In this document: in pieces, positions 54,677-64,000 of the stretch
Position numbering within the stretch: the stretch's first letter is position 1
How the letters are laid out: every line of letters begins with the position of its first letter
Assembly: GCA_963779615.1 (NCBI GenBank)
Contig: CAVZZA010000005.1
Location: forward strand, 416,001 to 480,000
Source of the DNA: an uncultured Nitrososphaeraceae archaeon
GTDB taxonomy: Archaea; Thermoproteota; Nitrososphaeria; Nitrososphaerales; Nitrososphaeraceae
DNA length: 64,000 bases
Direction: 5' to 3'
Program-made: the position numbers and the translations under genes
Notes under the pieces: generated by a model
Told to the model about the DNA's origin: nothing
The model's database searches: none
Seen by the model: only the letters and a program-made list of their open reading frames with translations

Positions 54677-56128
54677 TTAGGTCCTGCCCAATAGTGACGC
54701 CAGTTTGGGCATGTGGACATCTACCTGTTCCCTAACTAGCAGATTGTAGTAATTCACAAGTATATCCACCATCAGCAACAGCCCTATACCAGTTCCAAAC
54801 ACGTTGAATACATCGGACACGGAGGCCAGCAGCCCAATAATCACTCCACCTATTATCGTGACGGACGGTATATACCGGTTCAGCAACGACTCCACGGAAC
54901 TTTCAGACCGCCGGAAGCCGGGTACCTGCACATCCGCATCCAGTAGGTTCTTTGCAGCTGATTTTGCAGAAAGCCCCCCAAGTTCGACCCATAACCTCCC
55001 AAATATTGTGACAATAGTGGTAAGGAATATGATATAAACAACGGCACGTACAGGGTCAGCCACTGTATTTTCCAGAGATCGTGGGGCCGTCATGTAGTAA
55101 AATACACCACCCGTAGGGGTTTGCTGCTGTGGATGATATTGAGCAATTAGGTTAAAAAAAGGGTTGTCATTGTTAGGGTTGTAGTTTGCCCAAACCATAT
55201 GCCCCATAAACATCGCGTTTGCCAGCAACGCAGATGCCAGAATTACGGGTATGTTGGATGTGTAAAGTAGTTTTATTGGATAGGTTGCGGTAAATCCCCT
55301 ATACCGAGTCGACACAATTGGAATGTCAACATGTATGCCCTGGACATATACCAGCAGCAGCAGTATTGCGCCCGTAATACCCAATCCAAATATGCTTGGT
55401 GCACTTGCGATAGGAGAGGGAGGAGAGGAACGCAACAGAGAATCTGCAAGGTGCCCTTCCATACCACTACCTATCATAAATGGTATTAGTCCAGAAAATA
55501 CCTGACTGTTTGGAATCAGAATGGGGTTGAAAATAGCCCAAATGATACCCTGGGCAACACCAGCCATAATGAAAATACTTATTCCTGACCCAAGACCCCA
55601 GCCCTTCTGGACCAGCTCATCCAGATACATAACCACAATACTGGCGCCAATCAATTGTGCCACCAATGCCCCCAAATGATAGCTGGTTGGCGTTTGATGA
55701 CCATAAACACTGATACCATAAAGTGAACCTTCTGCAATAATAACGATAATAGTTACAATTTTTGTTGCAGAAGTAAAAAGCGAACGATCATCTGGATCTC
55801 TAAAGTTTAATTTTAGGATGTCCGATCCTTTTAATAACTGCATTAGCAATCCTGCAGTAACTATAGGCCCAATACCAAGCTCTAACAGGGTCCTTTGCTG
55901 GGCAGCAAAAATGACCCTGGCAAAAGCTAATGGATCGGTAGTAGGATCAACGTTGGTGCCAAACAGAGGAACCTGACCCATTGTAAAATATATTAACAGA
56001 GCAATTCCAGTCCAAATCAGCTTATTTGTAAGCGTAATTTTCTTTTTTGGCTTTTCAACCTGAGGAATAAAGGGAGAGATCTTCTTTACTACTGTTCTGA
56101 AAAGACCACCGCTAAGCAGAGAGCCCAT
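54677..56128 (-). CDS. secY: Preprotein translocase SecY
   Basis: LELGIGPIVTA, KGWGLGSGISIFI, YPIKLLYTSNIP, VPGFRRS, GTGIGLLL. Confidence 0.97.
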   Translation of the reverse strand: MGSLLSGGLFRTVVKKISPFIPQVEKPKKKITLTNKLIWTGIALLIYFTMGQVPLFGTNVDPTTDPLAFARVIFAAQQRTLLELGIGPIVTAGLLMQLLKGSDILKLNFRDPDDRSLFTSATKIVTIIVIIAEGSLYGISVYGHQTPTSYHLGALVAQLIGASIVVMYLDELVQKGWGLGSGISIFIMAGVAQGIIWAIFNPILIPNSQVFSGLIPFMIGSGMEGHLADSLLRSSPPSPIASAPSIFGLGITGAILLLLVYVQGIHVDIPIVSTRYRGFTATYPIKLLYTSNIPVILASALLANAMFMGHMVWANYNPNNDNPFFNLIAQYHPQQQTPTGGVFYYMTAPRSLENTVADPVRAVVYIIFLTTIVTIFGRLWVELGGLSAKSAAKNLLDADVQVPGFRRSESSVESLLNRYIPSVTIIGGVIIGLLASVSDVFNVFGTGIGLLLMVDILVNYYNLLVREQVDVHMPKLASLLGRT

Positions 56129-56546
56129 CTAAAACCAACACCTCGCCTCCGGCTTCAGTAATTTTTTCTTTTGCAGATTTTGAAGCCTTTCTAACCCTAA
56201 TAGAAACAACCGCGTCAACCCGGCCAGCACCCAAGAGTTTTTCATATCCCAATTCATTTAAATCCAGGGTTACCTTTCCGTCCTCAGTTGCCTTAGAATA
56301 TTTCATTAATTGATTTAAATCCTTTAAATTAACCCATCTGGTTATATCACTTTTTCTTAGAGCATGAAATTGTTCGTGCCCAAAATGTTCAGGCTCTTCC
56401 TTAACAGTTCGTATGTAGAAATGCTTGTGCTTTCCAGCATTACCAACGCCACCACGACTACCTGAAGCTCGATGTTGACCTATTTGCCCCCAACCACAAA
56501 AACGAGTTCCACGTTGTCTTCTACTTTTTCTTAAACGAGTAGCCAT
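56112..56546 (-). CDS. rpl15: Ribosomal protein uL15
   Basis: RKSRRQRG, GSRGGVGNAG, KLLGAG, AKEKITEAGG. Confidence 0.95.
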   Translation of the reverse strand: MATRLRKSRRQRGTRFCGWGQIGQHRASGSRGGVGNAGKHKHFYIRTVKEEPEHFGHEQFHALRKSDITRWVNLKDLNQLMKYSKATEDGKVTLDLNELGYEKLLGAGRVDAVVSIRVRKASKSAKEKITEAGGEVLVLDGLSA

Positions 56547-56652
56547 ACCACATTATCACCCATTTCATTCATTCAATTGATAAAAAAAAAGGTGCAAATA
56601 TTAAGTTTTCAATGACAACAAAGTTGATTTTGTTATAGTTCATTTTGATTCA

Positions 56653-57192
56653 CTACATCATCCTTTTTACCAAAGATATTAACTCCTTGTTTTCGCCAAG
56701 AATGCCATTTTGGGAGTATGAACGTTTTGATTTTTTCCTAAACCCACCTTTTGGGGGGCTTAAAGCAAACCAGGGTTTGATTCCGGGTATTTTTGATAAA
56801 TACAACTGATTTTGAGAAATGGTAGATGCAACCTTATCTAAATCAACATTTTGTGATTTTTGTGAGGAGCCATTTCCGCCAATATCCCCTTTGCTACCGC
56901 CGCTGCTGCTGCTGTCACCCATAGCATCGGTTGTTCCTGTCGCCGTGGTCGCCATCACTAATCGGGATGCCGAAATTCGTCCCTTTTTTTCTATAAACTC
57001 TCTAATAAAAGAGTCATCCACACTAGACCACGACACCCACTCTTTTATCTTTCTAAGCATGCCCAAGGACTGCTCATTCTCAGGAATTATTGTAGCGCGA
57101 AATTTTTTATCCAGGTGCAAACTCTCTAAAGTTAAATTTGCCCATCTTGGAACGTTCACAGTTCCTTTCATTCTTACAACTAGATACACCAT
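56653..57192 (-). CDS. rpl30: Ribosomal protein uL30 with low-complexity insertion
   Basis: LVVRMKG, GMLRKIKEWV, FALSPPKGG, LVKRMM. Confidence 0.93.
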   Translation of the reverse strand: MVYLVVRMKGTVNVPRWANLTLESLHLDKKFRATIIPENEQSLGMLRKIKEWVSWSSVDDSFIREFIEKKGRISASRLVMATTATGTTDAMGDSSSSGGSKGDIGGNGSSQKSQNVDLDKVASTISQNQLYLSKIPGIKPWFALSPPKGGFRKKSKRSYSQNGILGENKELISLVKRMM

Positions 57193-57199
57193 TTTACAT

Positions 57200-57820
57200 C
57201 TATCCTGTTTGAAATGTATTTCTTAATGCGTTAAAAATAGCTTTAGCAGTGGATGACATTGTGCTAGTTGAACCGTACGACCTGGACCAGGCATCCTTCA
57301 AACCGGCTAATTTTAATAGGTTTCTAATATGCTCCCCTGCTACAATGCCAAGGCCTCTGGGACCTGGTATTATTTCTATGGTGACACTTCCACCCCTGCC
57401 CTTCACCTTAAAGGGGACAGAGTGTGGCTGATTACACCTGCATTCCCAGCTGCCACACCCAAGTTTTACCGGAATTACATTCAGATAGGTGGCGTTGGTG
57501 GCTTTGTCTATCGCGTTCCTCATTTGATGGGCTTTTCCTTTCCCCAATCCAAACCATCCAGATTCGTTACCCAAAGCAACCAATGCGTTGAAACGAGTTA
57601 GCTCTCCAGCGTCTGTCTGTTTTTGGACGATATCCACACTTACAACCTGGGTTTTTACATCAGGTAACAGATATTTCACAATTTCTGCCTCCTGTATTCT
57701 CATGCCATTCTCAAAAATTTCCTCCATGGATTTGATCTTTCCGCTGGCTACCAACATTCCAAGGCTTGTACGGGGTTTCCATTCGGTTTCAGACTCTCCT
57801 TGCCTAGCCATTCTACTCAT
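57200..57820 (-). CDS. rps5: Ribosomal protein uS5
   Basis: WKPRTSLG, VQKQTDAGE, GCGSWEC, PGPRGLG. Confidence 0.97.
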   Translation of the reverse strand: MSRMARQGESETEWKPRTSLGMLVASGKIKSMEEIFENGMRIQEAEIVKYLLPDVKTQVVSVDIVQKQTDAGELTRFNALVALGNESGWFGLGKGKAHQMRNAIDKATNATYLNVIPVKLGCGSWECRCNQPHSVPFKVKGRGGSVTIEIIPGPRGLGIVAGEHIRNLLKLAGLKDAWSRSYGSTSTMSSTAKAIFNALRNTFQTG

Positions 57821-57975
57821 TTGTTATTTCACCTATACTGTCGATCGAAGTATGTTCGACTAATTTAGCAATGTTTATTTTAAACACCCATCCACCCTAT
57901 CAAGAACAGTGATATACTTTTATTTATTATTCTTTCGTTAACTAAAAAAGAAAAAAACATTATTGCTTGTACCCT

Positions 57976-58548
57976 TTACTCAAAATTACTTGAAAGTATT
58001 TTGTTCTTTATTTCTTCAAAATGTTTTGGGTAATCTTCAGGATCCAAATCATTGCTGATTAACTTTGAAAACCTTTTTTCATAGAGATCCTTATCCTTTT
58101 TCAAATCTGCAGCGTATTTGGAAACATGGGTTCCATTTATTCTGTTCTCATCCGGAAAAGCATCCTCAGATAAGGGTATTTCCACCCCGGCGGAAGCAAC
58201 ACCTTTCAGACAGGCAGCCACTTTGCTTGTAAAAGAAGTTTTTCCCGTATATAAAATAGCGGAGTTATTATCCTTACCAAGCATTTTCCTGCCCATCAAC
58301 AAACCCACCAGAAAACTGGCAGACAAATTATTTGAGGAGCCCTTCCATCCGTATTTTCCAAGTTCCGTGCTATTTGAAAAAGAAATCACAGTATCACCTC
58401 TCAAATTTGGTTTAATTAATTGACAGTGAACATTTTGGTTACTAGTTTTTATTGTAATAAAATTACGTCTACTGATTAATACCGCTTTTCGTTTTCTGTA
58501 ATTCGTTTTATTGTTTCTAATTCTCTTAAGTGTTCTAATATAAGACAT
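57976..58548 (-). CDS. rpl18: Ribosomal protein uL18
   Basis: KTNYRKRK, ELGKYGW, KGVASAGVEIP, RINGTH. Confidence 0.95.
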   Translation of the reverse strand: MSYIRTLKRIRNNKTNYRKRKAVLISRRNFITIKTSNQNVHCQLIKPNLRGDTVISFSNSTELGKYGWKGSSNNLSASFLVGLLMGRKMLGKDNNSAILYTGKTSFTSKVAACLKGVASAGVEIPLSEDAFPDENRINGTHVSKYAADLKKDKDLYEKRFSKLISNDLDPEDYPKHFEEIKNKILSSNFE

Positions 58549-58686
58549 TCAATCCCTCTTCCTCGCTCTCTTTTATCTAACAATCAACAAAAAACTTTTG
58601 AATCTCTTATAAACGTTTTAAACCGGACAGAACAAATCCTCATTTTCCAATGCTTCTGACTCTGTTTTTTGTTGATGTTGTTGTTG

Positions 58687-59466
58687 TTACTGCCGTCCTT
58701 TGTTGGCTATCAAACTTGCAAATATGCCAGCACCTATACCATTATCAATATTTACAACAGCCAGGCCAAAAGAACAACTTTGAAGCATTGAAGATAAGGA
58801 GCCAATTCCATTTGAGCCAAACCCATAACTGGTGGAAGACGGGACGCCAATTACAGGAATACTGACCAAGGATGTTACAACTGAAGGTAAGGCCCCTTCC
58901 ATCCCCGCCACTACCACCAAAACATCCACGTTGTTTGATACCATTTCTTTAAGCGACAAAAGCAGACGGTGAATTCCAGATATCCCAACATCATATCCCA
59001 GGTATGTCGAGCACCCCATGGAAATAGAAGCTATTCTGGCCTCCTCCGCAATTCCAATATCAGATGTGCCTGCACAAAGAATCCCTATTTTTCCGCCTTT
59101 ATTCGAAGGCAGGGACCCTTTACTGTCATATACCAAAATGGAGGTGCTTTTGTGTCCCCTTTCAACAGCAAATCCCTTCTTTTTAAAATAACACATCAGT
59201 TTTTTGATTACAATAGGCTTGATTTTGCTGATTATCACATAGCCTTTTTTTTCCAGAATTTTGTTTGAAATGGAGACTATTTCCAAATTTTTTTTATTTA
59301 ATGCCAAAACAACTTCAGGAACCGATTTTCTCAAATCCCTATTCACATCCAATTGGGCAACATTGCTTTCAATGTATTCTATTGAGAAAAGGGAGAGTGT
59401 TTTTATTGCATCATCCAGGCTTTTCCTGTCATGGTAATAATCCAACAAAATATCTTTTAAATCCAT
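58687..59466 (-). CDS. larB: Nickel-pincer cofactor biosynthesis carboxylase/hydrolase LarB
   Basis: PEVV, AGTSD, DVGISGIHRL, VAGMEGALPSVV, VNIDNG. Confidence 0.93.
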   Translation of the reverse strand: MDLKDILLDYYHDRKSLDDAIKTLSLFSIEYIESNVAQLDVNRDLRKSVPEVVLALNKKNLEIVSISNKILEKKGYVIISKIKPIVIKKLMCYFKKKGFAVERGHKSTSILVYDSKGSLPSNKGGKIGILCAGTSDIGIAEEARIASISMGCSTYLGYDVGISGIHRLLLSLKEMVSNNVDVLVVVAGMEGALPSVVTSLVSIPVIGVPSSTSYGFGSNGIGSLSSMLQSCSFGLAVVNIDNGIGAGIFASLIANKGRQ

Positions 59467-59505
59467 ACAATCTGCACATAATTTTATTGAAAAACTAAAA
59501 TAAAA

Positions 59506-60429
59506 TCAAATTGGGAGGTTGGAGATAGCCTCTTTTACGCTATTTGCACCGTTTAAGAATTCATTTTTTTCAAAGTCATCCAAAGGCAACTCTATTATTC
59601 TCTCAACTCCTTTTTTTCCAACCACAGCAGGTACTCCGATGCACACATCTTTAACCCCATATTGTCCATCCAGATATGCAGAGAGTGGAATCAGTTTCTT
59701 TTTGTCCTTAACTACCGACTCAACCATGGTTGCGACAGCATTACCGGGAGCATACACAGTTGCACCTTTAAATTTAATCACCTCTGCAGCCACCTGTTTG
59801 GTTTTATTGTAAATCTCATCAGAATGGCTTTTATCCATAAACTCCTGTAGGGGAATTCCCGATATTGACGAGAACCTAATCAAGGGTAACATGTTTTCAC
59901 CATGCTCGCCTATAACCATGGCGGATATAGAGCTTCTGGAAATTTGTGTGTAGTCATGAATAAAACTGGTGAATCTTGAGAGGTCCAGCATGCCGCCCAT
60001 TCCCATCACTTTACTTGGGTGGAATCCCCCACTTTTTAAAGCCAAAAAAGTCATAGGGTCCAGTGGATTGGTTACAACAATTAAAATACATTCATTTACA
60101 TTGACGTTTTGAGAAATTTTTGTTGAGACATCTTTGACTATCGAAGCGTTGGTTTTAAGTAAATCCATTCTTGTCATACCGGGTTTTCTGCCAACCCCTG
60201 CAACCAATACAACAATATCGGAATTCTTCAATTCCCCATAGTCATTAGAGCCAAAAATGTAGCTGTCTAACCCCTTTTCTGCAAGTTGATGGTTGATATC
60301 CATGGCTTCGCCTTGGGGTAAGCCTTCAACAATATCCAGCAGATTTATTTTGGGATCCAATTCTCGAAGCCCACAATTGAGTGCAACGGACGCACCAACC
60401 TTTCCAGAACCAATAATTGATATAGTCAT
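59506..60429 (-). CDS. mdh: Malate dehydrogenase (LDH-like)
   Basis: IGSGKVG, RKPGMTRMDL, VTNPLD, GEHG. Confidence 0.93.
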   Translation of the reverse strand: MTISIIGSGKVGASVALNCGLRELDPKINLLDIVEGLPQGEAMDINHQLAEKGLDSYIFGSNDYGELKNSDIVVLVAGVGRKPGMTRMDLLKTNASIVKDVSTKISQNVNVNECILIVVTNPLDPMTFLALKSGGFHPSKVMGMGGMLDLSRFTSFIHDYTQISRSSISAMVIGEHGENMLPLIRFSSISGIPLQEFMDKSHSDEIYNKTKQVAAEVIKFKGATVYAPGNAVATMVESVVKDKKKLIPLSAYLDGQYGVKDVCIGVPAVVGKKGVERIIELPLDDFEKNEFLNGANSVKEAISNLPI

Positions 60430-60605
60430 AATAAAGGTGAAAGTAATTTTTAATTTATAGTTTTAAGTTGTTTCAAATCATCCAAAAAATAAAAGGATAG
60501 GCAAAAGGCAAAAGGCAAAAAAAACTAGCAATAAATAAAGAAAGGAATATAAAGACCTATATAAACTCCACAAAGACAGAATAAATTGTCACAGGGATAC
60601 ATTAA

Positions 60606-61868
60606 ATGAGTAAAATAATAATTGTTGATCCCCAGGTTTCAGGGATTTCTGGGGATATGTTGCTTTCAAGTTTGGTAGACTGTGGGGCAGACAAAAACAA
60701 AATCATAAAAAACATCAATAAAACACAAAAATATTTTCCCCATGCAACAATAAACAAGACTGATTTTGTCAGGACTGAATCAAACGGCATAAAGGCTACA
60801 AAATTCATCTTTGATTTTGAGGAAAAGGTAAAAGAAAAAAATGCAACCGATATGTACAGAATAATAGCAAACTGCTGTCATAATATCGGTTTGTCAGAAA
60901 AAGCAAAAAAATTTGCCATTGAGTCAATAAAGACAATTATTCATGCCGAGTCCACAATTCACAATAAAGAGGTAAAAGACCTGCATCTCCATGAGTCTTC
61001 GAGTGTCGATACAGGTGCGGACCTTATTGGTTGCGCCACAGCCCTTGATGACCTGGATTTATTGAATGACTCCACATTTTATACCACTAAAGTTGCAGTT
61101 GGTGGAGGACTAACAAAATTTTCGCATGGCACTATCCCAAATCCAACAAATGCCATTCTGGAGATCTTCAAGGTTTTTGAAATTCCAATAAGGGGGGGGC
61201 CAATCGACACCGAGTTAACGACGCCGACTGGAGCATCCATGCTGGTAAATTTAAATCCGGAAAGGATAACAAACTATCCCGAATTTATCCCAGAGCAAAT
61301 AGGATATGGAACAGGCACCAAAAAATTTGATGAAATACCAAACATCTTGAGGGTTTCGATAGGAAAGACTGATTTATTTAGCAACATACAGACAGATGCA
61401 GTAACTGTTCTTGAAACGAACATTGATGACATAAACGGAGAGTTAATGGGAAATTTGATAGACAAAATATCAACGGCAAAGGATGCAGCAGTAAAGGATG
61501 TGACAGTAATAAACGGAATAACAAAAAAAAATAGGCCCACCTACATACTCAAGGTAATATGTTCTGACGAAATAGAAAAAAAGGTTGCAGAGATTATCTT
61601 TCAGGAAACGGGAACCCTGGGCATAAGAAAATCAAGGGTGGAGAGGTACCTTTTGAGCAGATTTAACCTTTTAATCCCCATAAAAATAGAGGAGGAGAAT
61701 TTTGTTGTTAACGTTAAAATATCAAAAAACCCCAATGGCGAGATAACTAACATAAAACCGGAATATGACGACATTAAAAAAATTGCAGATAAGCTAAATT
61801 ATCCATTAAGGAGAACTCTGGAAATTGTCAATAATTTAATATCTCAAAGAAACCTATACGATGTATAA
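60606..61868 (+). CDS. larC: Nickel insertion protein LarC
   Basis: GISGDMLL, AESTIH, HLHE, ELTTPTGA, ETNIDD, ETGTLGIR, KPEYDD. Confidence 0.94.
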   Translation: MSKIIIVDPQVSGISGDMLLSSLVDCGADKNKIIKNINKTQKYFPHATINKTDFVRTESNGIKATKFIFDFEEKVKEKNATDMYRIIANCCHNIGLSEKAKKFAIESIKTIIHAESTIHNKEVKDLHLHESSSVDTGADLIGCATALDDLDLLNDSTFYTTKVAVGGGLTKFSHGTIPNPTNAILEIFKVFEIPIRGGPIDTELTTPTGASMLVNLNPERITNYPEFIPEQIGYGTGTKKFDEIPNILRVSIGKTDLFSNIQTDAVTVLETNIDDINGELMGNLIDKISTAKDAAVKDVTVINGITKKNRPTYILKVICSDEIEKKVAEIIFQETGTLGIRKSRVERYLLSRFNLLIPIKIEEENFVVNVKISKNPNGEITNIKPEYDDIKKIADKLNYPLRRTLEIVNNLISQRNLYDV

Positions 61869-61874
61869 TACAGT

Positions 61875-62951
61875 TTGAAATCAAAAACAATGAGTAAAAC
61901 AGATGCATTAATATCAAAGGCGGCAGAAGGAGCGGCGGCGGCGTCGGCAGTGGAGGGATATGAGGCATTGTGGCAAGAAGGAGAAGGAGAGGAAGAGAAA
62001 AAAGGAGAGGAATGGGAGAAGGAGGAGAAGGGACAAATGGAAAAAGTCAACCAGGATAATTCAAATGACAAATATAAAAAATTAATTGAGTGGTTTCAAG
62101 TTAAAAATGGCAAGGTGTTGGTTGCATTATCCGGTGGGGTGGATAGTGCGGTTGTTGCCCTTGTTGCAAAAAATGCTTTGGGTGAGAAAAACGTTTTAGC
62201 CGTTACTGCGAATTACCAGACCCTGTCACGGGAAGAACTGGACACCGCCATAAAAGTAGCCAACGAGCTTGAAATCAAACATAACATAATAGAGTACAAT
62301 GAGATGGATAACCCTGAGTTTAAAAAAAACGATAGTTCAAGGTGTTTTCATTGCAGAAATGAGTTGGCAGACAATTTGATAAAGGTGGCTAGCAAAGAGG
62401 ATTTTAAGTTAATAGTTGATGGAAGCAATACCGATGACCTAAATGACTACAGACCCGGAATGGTAGCGCTGCATCAAAAAGGAATCAAAAGCCCATTGAT
62501 AGAAACAGGCTTTAATAAAAAAAACATACGGACGATAGCAGAGGTTAACAAACTTTCAGTGTATGATAAACCCTCCAACGCCTGCCTTGCTTCGAGAATT
62601 TCAAAGAATATAGAGATAACTCCTTTAAGGTTAAAAAGAATTGAAATTTGCGAATCAATGGTCAAAGAGATTTTCAAGGTTAAACAGGTTCGGGTAAGGG
62701 ACCATGGTCAAGGTCTAGCCAGAATAGAAGTGGAAAAAGAAGAGATGGAGAATTTGTTCGATATTGACAGGTTAGGCAAAATAGAACTGGCTTTTAAGGA
62801 AAATGGCTTTATATATGTTACCATAGACATAGGGGGCTATAAAAAAAGCGGGTTGGGCGCACCCGATAAAGCGGGAGTGGCGGCAGCAGCTGTAGACATT
62901 TCATTTAAAAAAGACGACAGAACCAACCACAATGACAAACAACCAAAGTAA
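61875..62951 (+). CDS. larE: ATP-dependent sulfur transferase LarE; true start possibly ~62036
   Basis: SGGVDS PP-loop, RCFHCR, DYRPG, ACLASR, VRVRDH. Confidence 0.92.
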   Translation: MKSKTMSKTDALISKAAEGAAAASAVEGYEALWQEGEGEEEKKGEEWEKEEKGQMEKVNQDNSNDKYKKLIEWFQVKNGKVLVALSGGVDSAVVALVAKNALGEKNVLAVTANYQTLSREELDTAIKVANELEIKHNIIEYNEMDNPEFKKNDSSRCFHCRNELADNLIKVASKEDFKLIVDGSNTDDLNDYRPGMVALHQKGIKSPLIETGFNKKNIRTIAEVNKLSVYDKPSNACLASRISKNIEITPLRLKRIEICESMVKEIFKVKQVRVRDHGQGLARIEVEKEEMENLFDIDRLGKIELAFKENGFIYVTIDIGGYKKSGLGAPDKAGVAAAAVDISFKKDDRTNHNDKQPK

Positions 62952-64000
62952 AAACAGTTTTATTTATTTAGACAATGCAGCCTCAACACCGATAGACAGG
63001 CAGGTAATTGATGAAATGCTACCTTTTATGGAAAACAACTATGGCAACCCGTCATCACTTCACAAGTTAGGCAGATATTCAAGACAGGGTATACTAAACT
63101 CTCGTTCAAGAATTGCCAAAACGGTAGGGGCCAGTATCAATGAAATCTACTTCACCTCCGGAGGAACCGAATCAAACAACCTCGCAATTGTCGGCACCGC
63201 AAAAATAATCAATAAAACTAACCCATCCAGCAGCCAAATACTAGTATCCGAAATAGAGCATGATTCAATATTAGAAACAGCAAAAATTATAGAACGGGAG
63301 ATGAAGTTTGAGGTGAATTCTATACCCGTGAACAAAGACGGCATTATCAATGAAGAAAGGTTCAAGGAAATGATTTCAACAAAAACAGGGCTTGTTAGTG
63401 TTATGCTAGTCAATAATGAAATAGGAACGATTCAGCCCATCAAAAAACTGGCAGATATTGCAAAGAATAAAAACAGCAACACAGTTTTTCACACAGATGC
63501 AGTACAGGCACTGGGCAAAATCCCAATAAATGTCAAGGACCTGAACATAGACTTGTTGTCAGCGTCATCACACAAGATTAACGGGCCAAAAGGTGCAGGA
63601 GCTTTATACATAAAAACGGGACTAAACCCCGAGCCCATATTGTTTGGAGGTGGGCAGGAAAGAAAATTAAGGTCCGGCACAGAGAACGTACAGTCAATAG
63701 TGGGCTTTGGGAAAGCCTGTGAAATATCCAACCAAAAACTATTGTCAAACCAAAGTGAAAGGTTAAGGGAGGTTCAAAAATATGCAATAGACAAGATAAC
63801 CAAAGAAATACCATTTTCCAGGTTAAACGGATCAAAAAAAGAAAGAATACCCCATAACATCAATCTTTCATTTTTGGGCGTAAATGGGGAGGATTTACTG
63901 ATAAAACTGGACGAAAACGAAATAGCGTGTTCCACAGGTTCAGCCTGTTCGGCTAACAAAAAACAAAAAGCCTCACACGTCCTAAAGGCACTAGGGATAT
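62932..64000 (+). CDS. iscS: Cysteine desulfurase, IscS/NifS type (runs off the window)
   Basis: MTNNQSKNSFIYLDNAAST, GNPSSLH, FTSGGTESNN, HTDAVQ, SSHKINGPKG, RSGTEN, STGSACS; start overlaps the larE end. Confidence 0.93.
   Translation, partial: MTNNQSKNSFIYLDNAASTPIDRQVIDEMLPFMENNYGNPSSLHKLGRYSRQGILNSRSRIAKTVGASINEIYFTSGGTESNNLAIVGTAKIINKTNPSSSQILVSEIEHDSILETAKIIEREMKFEVNSIPVNKDGIINEERFKEMISTKTGLVSVMLVNNEIGTIQPIKKLADIAKNKNSNTVFHTDAVQALGKIPINVKDLNIDLLSASSHKINGPKGAGALYIKTGLNPEPILFGGGQERKLRSGTENVQSIVGFGKACEISNQKLLSNQSERLREVQKYAIDKITKEIPFSRLNGSKKERIPHNINLSFLGVNGEDLLIKLDENEIACSTGSACSANKKQKASHVLKALGI

Noticed and set aside
31749-64000. Numerous short antisense or overlapping ORFs in the track, including 63147-63959
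   Set aside because: Shadows of well-supported genes on the opposite strand, such as iscS

Overview
AT-rich archaeal chromosome segment, most consistent with an ammonia-oxidising archaeon of the Nitrososphaeraceae (Ca. Nitrosocosmicus-like; inferred from gene content and protein style, not from a search). (1) 1-16.7 kb is a composite accessory region cut into modules by tRNA-Ser-like 3'-end repeats at 6327, 12204 and 16713. It holds a plasmid-like replication module (AEP primase-polymerase with PriX-like tail, MCM-like AAA+ ATPase, AbrB), one intact-looking and one decayed tyrosine integrase, a multicopper-oxidase cargo and an HTH/coiled-coil gene. (2) 17-25.7 kb is mostly housekeeping (two CorA paralogues, N-acetyltransferase, HflX, cupin, site-2 protease). 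(3) 26.1-31.6 kb is a second, decaying island between another tRNA-Ser-like site and a truncated integrase-like ORF. (4) 31.7-64 kb is core genome: geranylgeranyl reductase, CobT, ABCE1, 5S rRNA, PepA, MtnA, PriS/PriL, Cbf5, the uL18-uS5-uL30-uL15-secY-adk-cmk cluster and a larB-mdh / larC-larE-iscS cluster. The most unusual signal is a family of five tRNA-Ser-derived sites that share inverted arm sequences and homologous flanks, plus periodic DNA motifs near them. No complete tRNA and no CRISPR array were seen. Many accessory genes carry single-base indels, which may partly be sequencing error.
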